Shown here: positions 24,365 through 38,234 of the stretch, piece by piece
Position numbering within the stretch: position 1 is the first letter of the stretch
Layout: every line of letters begins with the position of its first letter
DNA from: Chrysomallon squamiferum
Taxonomy: Eukaryota > Animalia > Mollusca
Direction of reading: 5' to 3'
NCBI GenBank assembly: GCA_012295275.1
Contig: CM022673.1
Coordinates: 20,460,001-20,524,000 of the forward strand
DNA: 64,000 bases
Translations under genes and position numbers: made by a program
Notes under the pieces: generated by a model
Seen by the model: the letters and a program-made list of their open reading frames with translations, nothing else
The model's database searches: none
Told to the model about the DNA's origin: nothing

Positions 24365-27300
24365 GCCCAGACAACAACATTAGACCATCAAAGTGAAAAT
24401 GTTATTTCTTCAAATAATGACAGTTTGGATGTACTAACCGAGGAACGTATTTGCGTTCAAGGTGAACTTCATGAAAATTTTCAAGATGGCGGCAACAGAA
24501 ATGATGAAAATAACAGAGCTGCCAGTAACTTGCAATTACTCGCTAATGACAGCGATTCGGAATCATCCGAGTTGGATAGCTATAGTTACGAGAGAGCTGT
24601 GGTTGAAAATAATGCCGAATGGCTGAAGTCCAGATGTCGAAACATCGGAACAATCGATTTTGAAATTTGTAATGGAAGTAACTCTGACAATTATTTTGAA
24701 ACAGAAAATGGAATTCCTGTTAGTTTATGTTCAGGAAATGAGGGTCGGGAATTCGGTTCCCATCAAATGGAAGTTGCTTCTAATGATAATAATCCCATTG
24801 TCATTTACCCATTGGAAGAAACAAATGAATCTACTTCTGAACCTAACTGCAGTGGCGAAGGTGTACAGATACATCTAAGTGAATTTCAGTCTGATGAAAT
24901 GCAAGACAATCTTCAGATTTTGGAACTTCATGGATTTGATAAAAGTGAAACTATTGCTTTAATGACACCAGATGAGCTTGAATCACTACCAAGCAGTGGA
25001 CTTGAATTTAATGATACAAATATTATAACATCAGAAAATGTCAACAATGAAAAGGGTCAGAAAATTGATTCACCGATTACTGAAAACAAGCAACCTACTG
25101 AAAAAACGGTTGATTTCAATAACGTATCTCAGACACCAGATGGTGATAACATTGATAAACCTGATGGGCAAGCAGGGGTTGTTTCTTCTAGTACCTATTT
25201 AGTGGCAGCACCTGTTACACAGATAATTTCAAACACTTCTGAGACAAATGCAAATACTACCTCACCAAACCTGACTCTTGCAACTATTTCTATATCTACT
25301 GATAAAGTTGCTAATTCAACACAGATATTGGTGAATACAACTCAGGGCCAGCAGCTCTATTTAATAAACACAGCAGACCTAAATCAGGCAACAACAGCTC
25401 TCCAACCACTTGCTCATCCGCAGACAGCTTTAACCACTGGGATACAGATAGAGAAATCTCAAGGAATTGATGTTCAGCAAGGATCACAGCAAAAACTGCC
25501 AGGATCAGGTAGAAGAAATAAAATTTACAATTAATTTGACATGGATTTGTAATGGCATAGTTAATTAATTTAAAATTCATAACATTATGTCATATGTCTG
25601 ACAGGCACACCTAGAATCAGTGATTAAAAACTGAACAGTCACAGTGCTAATAACATTTTAAAAAAAATAATAAAAATAACAGTTTTTACAATATCTCTGT
25701 ATTCTGTTTGTATTCAGAATTTGCCAAATAACTTAGGATTTATAATCTGAATTTCACTGATTAATTTTACTTTATTAATTAAACTTGATGCTAGTTTTTG
25801 AAGCATTTCATAATTCATCACTGGATATTTGTTATATCTAAACAATTATAATTTATTTCATTCTATACCATATTTTATTTTATTGTTTATAAATACATAC
25901 ATAATGAATGAATAAAATTTACATTGTCAGTTTTCTCATGTTTAAGGTTATTTGCTTGTTCCTGTCCAAGGTGAAAACAATGGAATTATCATGTATCCAA
26001 ATGAAGAAATGGAGGTATATACATTCTTAAAATCTAATCTTCTATTCGTTTTTATTACATAACTGTATTTTTTTTAATGGAACACAATACAAATTAGAAT
26101 ATTTTAAATTATTATTATTATTATTTTAAATTTGAATTTTTTAAATACATTTTATTATTGTTGTATATTATTTTTTTATAGCAGGATTCATCTAGAAAAA
26201 CGTGGATGTGCACAGAACCTGGTTGTAACAAAGTATTTAGTAAGCTTTGTAAGTTGAAAGTCCACGAAATGAGACACACCGGTGAACGACCGTTTAAAGT
26301 AAGAGAATTATTTTACTTTATTTATTTTCCATAGTAATGTTGTTGTTGTTTTTTGACATGGAATAGGGGTTCTAACAATTTGTAATATACAGTATTAATA
26401 TATAATAATTACTGTATATATTTATGGAATGTTTTGAATATTTGTTTGTTTTAATTTGTGTTGTAGTGCTCAAGACCAGGCTGTGATTGGGCATTTACAA
26501 CGGCATATAAGCTGAAACGACATGAAGAATCTCATGAAGGGAGGAAAGATTATTATGTAAGTTGCATGAAATTACAGTGCAGTTAAAAATTTATTTATTT
26601 CACCAATATATGTATACAATAAAAATTCATATGTGATTAGTTTTGAATGTTAAATAGTATGTGGTTCTAATCAGTCGTTTTCACCTGCGGATCATTTGAA
26701 ATAGTTAAGTGATTTCTCATTCTTTATACATATATATATACAGTGGTACCTCAACTTACAAGTGCCCCAACTTACAACTTTTTCGAGTTACGAGCTCTTG
26801 CCTTGTCGATTTTGTGCTTTGAGTTGCAAGCCAAAATCCAAACAAACAACATCTGGCCAGCATCACACGTCTTACTCATTTACTCCACATGTCTCTGATT
26901 TGTTGTGCTCATGTTTTGTGCAATATTTGCCCAGAAAGTGAGTGCAAGGGACAGTGCTGAGAAGAAGAAGCAGATGATGTCCATTGAATTAAAGGTTGAA
27001 TTCATAGAAAAAAATGAACGATGTGTGCATCTAGTCAACTTGGCTAGGCAGTATGAGCGTAGTATTTCTACGATATGTACCATACTGAAGCTGAAGGAGT
27101 CGATAAAGGCTGTAACTCCAGCCAAAGGTGTTAAAATAATTTGTCTGATCTCCAAGATAAATACTATTTACAAAACCATTTTATTTTTGTACATTTTCAT
27201 TTATTTTGTTTTTATAAAATATTTTCATTTGTAAATACATTTTTCTTATTTAAAAACATGTTTAAAAAAATGGGTGGTTTTTAGGGAGGCTGGAATGGAT

Positions 27301-30300
27301 TAATGGTATTTCAGTTAATTTCAGTTAGGAAGATTGATTTGATATACGAATAAAATGAGATACGAGCTCGATAATGGAACAAATTAAACTCGTAAGTCAA
27401 TGTACCACTGTGTGTGTGTGTGTGTATGTGTATGTATATCTATAATATTCCACTCCCACATACATACATATACATGTATTTGAGTTGAACACAAAGTAAT
27501 TATTTTATTATTAAAAAGGAAATAGGTTTACTTTCTAGGATGATGATGTATGACATATTTTATATTTAAGACAAATTAATTACTACATTTGTCAATTGTG
27601 TAATATTGTTCTGTTTCTGAATTTTAAGGATAAATAACAGAAGTGTTTTTATTACAGTGTGATTTTGAAGGATGTGGTCGGAAGTTCACTACTATATACA
27701 ATATGAACTCGCACAGGAAACTTCATGAACGTCCATGTACTGAGCTGTGTCCTGAACCAGGATGCAATGAAAGATTTCCAACAAAAAGACAGCTTGATTT
27801 GCACATGAGAACTCACCCTGAGACAGAAAAAACATACAAGTAAGAATTTTCAGTGTGTCAATATATAACATTTTACTTGCATACATGACTTCAAACAAAC
27901 AGCAGACTGACCATAGTTTCTTATTTGTTTATTTATGAAATAACTTATTTTCAGGTGTCCAGTTGAAGGCTGTGATAAAGTGTTTTTCTCTTCCAACTGC
28001 ATGGGTTCTCATGCTCGAGTTCATCTCCAGGATCGAGAGGATCTTACCTGCAACTATGATGGTTGTGGAAAAGTGTTTGATAAACTTTGTCGGCTGAAAC
28101 AACATCAGAGGAGACACACTGGAGAGAAGCCCTATCCATGTACTTACGAGGTTAGAAATGCTTTAAACATTCCATTTTATCACGATCCAGAAATTCACAA
28201 ACATTATTACCCATAACAGTAGATTCATCAGAACTACATCAGGTTAGTGGTAACAAAGAAAAACACTATATTAATTGTAAATATATATTTGTATGCTAAT
28301 ATATTATTTACTGGTACAAATCATAATATATGGAATTAAACTGACATGAAGATAAAATACATTTTAATTTAGCTACTTAACTTGAAGGCTGAATACTATC
28401 TTGTTGACTTTTTCTTCAGGGTTGTACATGGGCATTTGCAACAGCCAGCAAACTGAAGAGACATATGGCAAAGCACACAGGGATCAGAAAGTGGGTATGT
28501 CAGCTCTGTAACAAGGGTTTTATGAGAGCTGAGCATCTTAAGGGTCACATGGTAACCCACAGTGGAATGAAACCATTTGTCTGTCCTGTTGAAGGTTAAT
28601 ATATGTATATAATGTTTTTGGTATCATTAATACTGCAAGCATTTCTTTTTAAAACATTTTTTTTTTTCATTATTTCATTTTTGAAAATCAGTATGAATGA
28701 TTGAAAAATAGTTTTAAATTCTGCAATAAATTTCATGATACAGAAATCTGATCAACTTCAAAGATGTTTTATGTACTTTCTTTAATGCTGTTGATGGTTT
28801 ATACAGATTTAACAATTTAAAAAAATCTTGTGTTAATTTAAAAATTAAGTTATAAAGTTTTCATTATTGTAATACATATTTAAATTTTGATTTTAAAGGC
28901 TGCAAATCAAAATTTGCTGCAAAGAGCAGTCTGTATGTACACTTGAAGAGACATGATCAATCAGATAAAGAAATTACATACCATTGTCCAATGGAAGGCT
29001 GCATTAGAACATACACATCTAAGGCAAACCTTCGCAATCACATAATCAAACATTATCTTGAAGCCCCCACTGGTGAGTAAACTTTTATAGTATCTAGTTA
29101 CTTAAATACCTCAACCCATTTTTAAAACAAATTTTTCGTTTGAAAATACACAATTTTCTACTGTTTTGTTTTTGTTAGTACTGCATGTTTCATGTGTATG
29201 TTAGACTCTAAAACACAGAAAATAATTGCCATGATTTTTAAAACATTACTGGATAAAATAAGAAAGCATCCCAAGATCCTTTATCAGTTAATTTTTAACA
29301 AATACATGTAATTGTAGAAAAAGAAAAAAAAACCTAAAATCATTACTTAAAATAATAAACGCATTTGTTTTAATTTCATTGACAATTATTTGTTTCAGGA
29401 ACAGAAACTCGACATTTAGTTCTTGTCCCATTACTGAATGGAGATGATGATGTTTCTCTAGAATCCATGGATGATGTGGGTGAAAATACTGGTATGTTCT
29501 AGTTTGTAATTTTTCATTTCTGTGATTAAAAACACCAACAGAAAAAAAAAAAAAAAAAAATTAGCTCAGTACTTTGTGTTTATACAATAGATTATGATTA
29601 ATTAATTTCCTTTAGTGTTTTTATTTTTCAAAATTATCTTTAATGAAGATAAATAAAGTTGCAAGTTTTGTCCTAAGACAGAGTAATATGTCATAAAGAA
29701 TTCCACTTCCACATTTTTCTTCTTATACATTACACATGCCTGTTTTAAATATATAATTATTATTTTATTTTATTTTATTTTTTAAAATAAAGATGTATCT
29801 ATGAGTGTGGAATCTTTAGAATCAGTCATAACTGGTGAGGACACTAGTCTGACAACATCTGCACCACAGGACACAAATCTTGTTGCATCGGTTACACAAG
29901 AAAACATTTTGACTGCAGCTGTTAGAGACACAACATCTCCTGACTTTGTACATGCAGGTAACAATTTGCCTTACATTAACAGAAATGAATTACTGTAAAT
30001 CAGAAACGGCTTGTAGTCAAAAAGTGAAATTTAAATCAACACTAGTATAGCAAACAGCAATAATTTGTAATTTGTATTAAGTTTAGGATAAAAGATCTAC
30101 ATCTTTGAAGAGATATTTTCAAATGAAAATATTGCATTTTGCAAGAATTTCTATTTAATATATTTTTTCTATTTTAACCTCATTTTACAAGGTAAAATGT
30201 CTGCAAATACAAGCATGATTTGTTATCGTTATCAGGAAGCAAAAATCATCAAAATGTAATTTAAACAAATTATACATTTAGGCACAAAAGTATTAAAATA

Positions 30301-31700
30301 AAATAATATTTGATATACTATCGTTATTTAATTATATATGACAAAAATGTCACTGATACTGATCCTGTAAAAATTTCAAGGTTGTAAAAATATTTAGCAA
30401 AATGATGTTGTTTAATAAAATATTTAGAAAAATGTTGTACTGCAGATTTAATTTAATTATCACATTTTTCAGATCATTCTTTGATTAACCTGGATGAAGC
30501 TGGAGAATTAGAATCGGAACATCTTAGCAGCAATGTGATTTTACAGCTTGCTGCTAATTCAATCAATCAGCAGGTTAATCAGGCTAAGTCAGGTAAATGT
30601 CAAATAAATGTTTTATGTCTTCTTTTCTGATTGAAGCAAAAAGAAAAACTTTTATTTCTTTTTAATTATTATTTTATTCTGCTAAATTAATAATTAGTTT
30701 AAATGACATTTACTGATTTTCGTTTCCTAATGACAATAAAAAAAATGCTTGTGTTTGCAGAATTGATTATTTTACCTTTTAAAATAATAATATAGAAAAA
30801 AACATTGCTGTATGATATATTTTATTTTCTTAGACAAGAATTCTAAACTGGGAAGCACTGGTTCAGCTAGGACTGACTTCCATTCAAATCGAAGACTAAG
30901 TGACCGTGCACGCAAACGTTGGCAGATGATTCAAGAGGGCATTGTGCAGCAGCAGACCACACCTTTAAATACTGACAGTATTCCAGGTGAGAAACTAATA
31001 CATATTTTATTTTCTGGTTTTTTTCAATATTTTAATTTAAATAATTAGAACATATAATATTGTATCCTGTAAACTGGGATTTTACCCTTTTTTTTCTTTT
31101 CTTTTGATCCTCAAAGCATTTGTGACTTCATAACATTATTATAAAGTGATTATATGGTAAATAATCATTTCTGTTTTAGATGATACTGGATTGTTAGTGA
31201 CATCATTGTCAACAAGACAGACATTTAATCCTCCTGAGTTGTTAAGTTCCCAAGGCTTGCTTTTCAAAGATCCTGAAACAGGAATTACTTATGTTCAGAC
31301 ACAACTTCTACAGGTAATATACATCTTTATTTCTTTTTTATTTATTAAAAATTCATTAAGTTAAATACTAGCAGTTACTTCACCTTTGATGTATTATATT
31401 TCAGATTAAGCATTAAGCATTTTAAGATACATTACTCTCAGAAAATAATCTGTTGTGAAAATATATTTGAACACATTTGATCCTTGTAAACATTAAATTT
31501 GTTATTCTATCCATATTGTAGAAACTTTGCTATTACCTCTATAAAATAAGTATAAACATTAATTTATTTCATAAAATATATTTCAGGATGATCCTCCACA
31601 TCCTGATCTGTATGGTGATGGGTCAATAACTTTGGATTCTCAGGTGACAAGACCAGAAGAGTTTTCTGGAACAACTATAAATCTGCAAGATCTGGAATAA
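24323..31700 (+). CDS. ZXDC: ZXD-family C2H2 zinc finger protein (ZXDC/ZXDA/B-like), 14 coding exons, 10 fingers
   Basis: Exons with consistent GT-AG phases: 24323-25508, 25947-26014, 26182(or 26185)-26298, 26467-26556, 27658-27839, 27955-28150, 28420-28594, 28899-29072, 29399-29491, 29793-29957, 30473-30592, 30834-30986, 31180-31313, 31587-31700. Diagnostic motifs: [57 protein letters not shown] and C-terminal [10 protein letters not shown]. Confidence 0.9.
26741..27410 (+). mobile_element. Tigger/pogo (Tc1/mariner superfamily) internally deleted DNA transposon in ZXD intron 4
   Basis: TIRs CAGTGGTACCTCAACTTACAAGT and ACTCGTAAGTCAATGTACCACTG, with TA on the left flank (the right flank runs into a TG repeat). 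The residual [52 protein letters not shown] is a CENP-B-type N-terminal HTH of pogo/Tigger transposases. No DDE domain is present. Confidence 0.9.
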
Positions 31701-33724
31701 TATTTGCATATATATATATCTATAGACACACACAATCACTCACACATACACACCAGCTTTACATTCCAATTTGGAATAAGAGCATGAATGAGATATTCTG
31801 TGTATTGCAGAGAAACATCATGTGTTGCCTTGAGGTTGTAAACTGGTAGATTTGCTCAACAGCTGAATGTGATGTGCCAAATGCATTTTAGTAATAGGTA
31901 GTACTTACAATATCATCATTTCTCCCATCACACCCTCTAAATTTCTCTTTTACCCCAGTCCGTAAAATAAAAGTTTTAAAAGCATTTTTGCATGTCAGTT
32001 TGTTAATTCTTTCAGCTGAAATTAAAATATATATAGAAATAAAATAATTTCTTTTTGGGGATATTTGTATTACTGGTTTTATATTCTATCAGTCACAAAT
32101 CTTCATTGGCAACTAAACTGTTTTAAATGATATTGGAAATTAGTGCTTTGAAAATAGTGATAATAAAAGTCCTTCTTACATAATTTTAATTCACCATGTT
32201 TGCTTCATGCCACCTGACAGAATTAGTCTGGCATATTGACAACAATATCAAATAGCTATGAAATTTACTAAAATAAGTCCAATATATTTTTTATTTGGAT
32301 GAAGCCAAATGAAACTAAAAAGGAAATATCTGTTTCCTTTATTTTTATAGAGAAAGATGATGCCATGACACTGTAAACATTTTCATTTATTATAAAATCA
32401 CAATGGTTTTGTTTCTTGCAATCTAAAAAAACTGACTTTTGTGATCTTCTTGAAAACATTCATAACTTTTAATTTGGAAATTTGAGCTTTTAATCTTCAG
32501 TTGTTGATCTTAGGTAATGGAACCTGTTTATAATAATAACCAGAATACCTGAAAAATGTTAATAAATACAGGCGAAATTTTATTAGATTTAAATTATGTA
32601 TCGGTACATTTACATTTATTAATAAAATTCCTGAAGTGGCTCATATATTTGTATTAAAAAAAAAAGGTGTAATTAACATACATGTGATTAATGTTTAAAT
32701 AACGTTGTTGTTATCTGTTATCTTGTTAATGTTCATCTTACCTATTTATGGATGTATTGTACTCTAAAGATAAGTTGTTTTGTTTAAAAATATATAATGA
32801 TTACATATTGTAATTGATAATCATTTTGATGGATAAAAGAAGAAAAATGTTCTGTTCACTATTAAAAATTGAAATACGTTTTTCATAATAGCAGACATGT
32901 TTATAAGTATATACAAATGACACTATTCTTATTTTATTAATCTTTGAAATAAGAATGTTTGTCCTTTATCTTAATTTTTTTTTTTTTAAATGTAGCCATT
33001 TTCTTTACTTTACAGTCAGAATGATGTGAATTTGTTATTACAATAGTTTAAATAGTTGAGTTATATTTAATTTAAGTGCCAATAGATGTGAATCTTGCAT
33101 AGCATGCAATTTATTTTATAATAGTAAACGTATCATGAAAACTACAATTTATAAATATTTGAATGAGTATAAAGACATTTATTCTTCATCATGAAATGAA
33201 TAAATCATGTTTCACATTTATATCATGTCTCAATAAAAAAATTGTGATTGACATTGTTATTTCTTTCTGTTATCCATTTTTTGAATATAGTTAACAGAAT
33301 TCTCTTTATTAAATAACCATTTAACTGGTATTGATTTTTTTTTTTTTAAACAACTATTTAGTTAAATTAGAAGCGTAAATATAAAGCAGAATGGATATAC
33401 CTTTCAGAAATAGAATATATATATATAACATTAAATCTAAATAAGTTTTCAACAATGGTCAGGGTAATATTAAGGATTTTATTTTTACAAAATATAATTA
33501 CAATTTCTCCAGTTAATTTGTATGGAAAATTACTATTTAAATTGAACATAATCTCCATGCTAAACCATGCAGAATACAGCATTTCAGTATTCAGTTTTGC
33601 CATTAACCAAAATTTCATAATATGAACAATTTCATTTGTTAAATATAGCTTAATCTTTTAAGAATCTGATTCTCTCTTCAAAGCTGTTCCAGAAATATAT
33701 ATAATTCATTGTTGAATCACAAAT

Positions 33725-35238
33725 TTATCTTGTACTTGGTGGTGGTTGTGTAGGAGCTGGGTCTGCATTATCCAGTGATTTGAGCAGTCTGAAAAGTGCT
33801 GCTGCCTCACGAATTCGACTGAACTCAATACAGAAAGCCTGAACTTCTATGAAAATATCCTGAAAAAATATCCATATGTTGGTATGAGTCAAAGAAGAAT
33901 TTATAAAACATCTACAGAAAAATAAAGTGTTTCATTTCTGTGTAAGCAAATAACCTTCAAGTACGTCTAAAATATGAACGACCATTGTTAAAAAACTGAA
34001 AATAAGTCAATAAAGGAAAATGAATGGTCAAAGTTACATACCCGAACATCAATTGTTTTATTTCTAATGAGTGACTGCAGGAAAACGCAGACAAGACGAA
34101 CTAGTCTGTTTTGCATATAACGATCCTTAATGGTTTCACAAGTTAAAATGCAATTGGAGATGTACAAATGAATGAATTCAGGTGGTAAATCAACATGCTG
34201 AAATAAAAAAAAAAATGTTAACCTTTTTTAGAAATTAGTATTTTAGGCTGATATGTTAGTGGCAAGACTAAATTTTTTCAACAAAATATGTATCTGAATA
34301 TTTTAAAAATTCTGTAGATCTGGTAATTGTAAAAGAAGAATGGAAACCAATTAAACATAAGATAATATATTTTAATAAATTAGATACATTTTTCTTATTC
34401 TATTTGTCTATATTATTTGAAAAAAAAAAAGCAGTCAAATAAACTCACAGTTGTTAGTCTGTTCACAACCTCCATTGAATGAAGTGACATTTCCATATTC
34501 ACCAATACTGAGAAATATCTGTTAATAAAAATAAAACAGAATCTCTTTCTGTCTTCAGTTTTCTTTGTTTTTCAATTATTATATAAAAATATTTTATAAA
34601 AACTAAATTTATATTTAACTGGTTGAAATGTCTAGATTTTCTAAGGATCAAAACTGTTTAGATATGTTAACTTCATAGTAACAATAATTTTAACAACAAA
34701 CTTACTCTGTAATTTGATTAGAAGCCATCAGTTTTAAAAGCACCTCAATAGCAACCATTGGATTATTTTCAACAAGATCTGGTAACTGGAAATAAATACT
34801 GAATGTAAATATACACACATATGCATTCACACATATGGCAAAATATACTTACATTAACATTTCTATGATGAAAAGATATTTTACTGGATATAGTTAAGCA
34901 ATGTAATTTTTATTGTGGCATAATTCTGATGTTTGCTTTTCTCTTTGGTGGAACTACATGATAAACCAGATTTTCAAATGAAATGGCTATTATTACTTAT
35001 TTCATTGCTATATTAATTATTTACCTTTGTAGGCATCAATCCAATGTGATAAACAAGTTTAGGATCATTTTCCAGCTCTTTCAGAATCTGCTGTTGTTGA
35101 TTCATACTCAGTGTTCCTTTGAAAGCCTTTGCCATGAGTCTACGAACATCTGATCCTGCAGAAGTACTTTCACACATTGTAGGGTCCCATGCAACTTTGA
35201 AATCACCTTCTGTTGGATTCATCCAAACAAGCTGCATA

Positions 35239-35269
<31 letters not shown>

Positions 35270-38188
35270 CCATCAATTATTTTGTTGTTCTGAAAACTAC
35301 TGAGACATTTAGAAAGTCATATTAATATAGTTATTTTTTAGTACCCAAACAACTCACTGAAAACGTTGGTAAAAACATGTAAAGAACTGTGCATAAAGGT
35401 GACAGAAAATAACAACCTCATCCTCTGTGATGTGCAGAGGGGGAGCAAGTCTGATGAATTCTGGTCTCATGCAACTTTCCACTGCAGATTTTGGTCCAGT
35501 TAGCAAAGCCTCAATTGTTTGTCTCTGCACATCGTGGTTGATAACACCAGGTTTACCAAACTGCTCAAAACTGAATTTATAGGAAAAAGAATTACAATTT
35601 CTAAAAACATTTAATTATAAAACTTAGACTCAGATTATAAATATATTTTAAAATTAAACTTTAAAAGCCATACTGACATTTCAATAATGATTTATGGTCT
35701 TTGAACAGATGATCATCCGTATGTCTAGATGATATCCCTGTGTGAGGCTGACAGTGTCTTTTTATTCACTAATAAAAACAAATATGTACCTGTTTATAAA
35801 TTTTAATTATATGTGTCTTTGCTGTTTAATTCTGAAAGTGATCTTTTTTAGGATTCCGTCTAATTATAATCTTAACAAAATTCCTCTCAGTATGACATTC
35901 ACTGAATGAGTAATGCATTAATAAAACAATGTTTGAATCATTTACAAGAACAGAGTGCCTCATAAATGTTAGTTTCATTTAACAAAACAGGCTAGTAATA
36001 ATCCTGACCTTAAGATCAAAGAAGAAACTTTTAAGCAAAACATCACAGCATTTTATTTATTTTTATTTTTAAAGCATCAACTACTGCCAGAAAAATGATA
36101 CCTATATCAGGTAACATGGTGAATGATTAAATTAATTACAAATGTGTCAGTTTAAATCTCACCTTGTTGGTTTTGTGTCTGGATCAGGAACAACACAGGG
36201 CATAGCTGATTTGCTAGAATATGGCATCTCTGACTGGCGTTCTGCCAGAGCTAACTGCAACCCACTGACATCATATGACTGAAAACAGATAAATGTACAT
36301 CCATAAAATTTAAATTCCATGAATTATGTGGGAAACTTAACATTTTTGTATTAATCTATTAAATACAAATACAACTGCAGATTCTGATCCTCTTCTTCTC
36401 TTTGGATCTTTCAAAAAGAGAATTCAGCATATATGTTGATACAAATAAAAGTGAAATCAACATAACAGGTGTTAAGTGAGGATTAATAAAGCAGTAATAA
36501 ATATCTATAGCAAAATTTATGTACACATATAAACATTAAGTGTTCTCTTTGGCAAAAAATATTACCATCAATCAAAAATTCTTGGGACTTGAATGTCAGC
36601 TGTGTGACTGTAAATACTGATTAAGCTGATATCCAATACTACAAAACCTGTGATAATTAAATATGATTTTGAACTATTCACCTGCATATTACCTACATCC
36701 ATCTGAATTATCTGTGTGGGTGTCTTTTTGAACATCTAAAAAGAAGTAGAATATAAAAAGCAGTCACTAAATAAATGATAAAATATTCCACCTCATTCCC
36801 CAAAATACAAGTCATTAATAATTACAATAATAATAACAACAACAACAGGGTATTAATCCATAATAACAATTACTAATACAATTTTGCTCCAATTTTTTTT
36901 ATTATTTATATGAATATGTTCATTTAAGGAAGAACTTATTATTCAACAACTCTAAAATGTCTTATTTCAGTGATTAAAATGTCAAAATAAATCATACTTA
37001 TTAACATTATTTGTAAACTATGTAAATAATAGATTCTTACATCTTTATTTGGACTTGATATAAGCTGTGAAAGGAAATATCGTTCTGGAGGTGAAATGGC
37101 TGGTATTGCCCAGTGCAGGTCAAACTGACCTGCTTCTTGTTTTTCAGTTGGTGGATTCTGTATGAACCAAGCAAAAATTGATATTAAATATCAATGATCA
37201 ATGAGGAATTTTGTTAAGATTATAGTTAGAGGGAATCCTAAAAAATATCACTTTCAGAATTAAACAGCAAAGACACATATAATTAAAATTTATAAACAGG
37301 TACATATTTGTTTTTATTAGTGAATAAAAAGACACTGTCGGCCTCACACAGGGATATCATCTAGACACATGGATGATCATCTGGTCAAAGACCATAAATC
37401 ATTATTGAAATGTCAATATGGCTTTTAAAGTTTAATTTTAAAATTTGTATTCGTTTGGGATTAGATAAACACTGGATATTAAAATAATAATAATAATAAT
37501 AATAAACATTTCTGATCAAAAGAATTTGGGTATTATAATTCATATTTTTCTAAATTTACAAGCACATTTCATTTGTGAATCCTACACTAATAACATTTTT
37601 ACATTTTCCAAATCTAATAAATGGATTAAATGTAGCAAAGACCTATTAATGTGTGATACTGTAATTATAAAATTTATCTTTCAATTAAGTATGTTAAAAC
37701 AGAATCAATTAAATTTAAAATAAAAAACAGAAAAATACATATGTAGTTCAATTTTGGTAAAAAAAATCCAATAAAAATCAAAAAGTTCTGCATTTAGCTA
37801 ATTAAGACATTAGGTGAAATATAAGACAGAAATTTTATTTTATATATTTCTGAATAACTACATACCAGTAAATGGACAAACACCGAAGCAAAAGGGTTAA
37901 CTGCAATGGGTTCTGTCCTGTACATTTCATACAACAGGTAAACAGCTGCCAGTTTTTGTGTTGGATGTGGCAGAAGATCTCTGTTTTGTAAAAGAAGAAC
38001 CTAAAAAGATGAAAAAAAATAAATATTAGAAAAAGATCTTGTAAATATTACAGGAAGTATTAACAATGACATGTTTCCACTATAAATAATATCAGATGAA
38101 AAGTCATTAATAATATATAAAGCAGTAACCTTTTCTCTAGTATATAGTATTATCTATCTATCTACCTACCTACTTACATGTAAGTCTA

Positions 38189-38234
<46 letters not shown>

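Noticed and set aside
35700-35755. C/D box snoRNA within the CNOT11 inverted-repeat arm (GATGAT..CTGA)
   Set aside because: There is no canonical RTGATGA C box, and the CTGA is CCGA in the arm that would be sense to the CNOT11 transcript.
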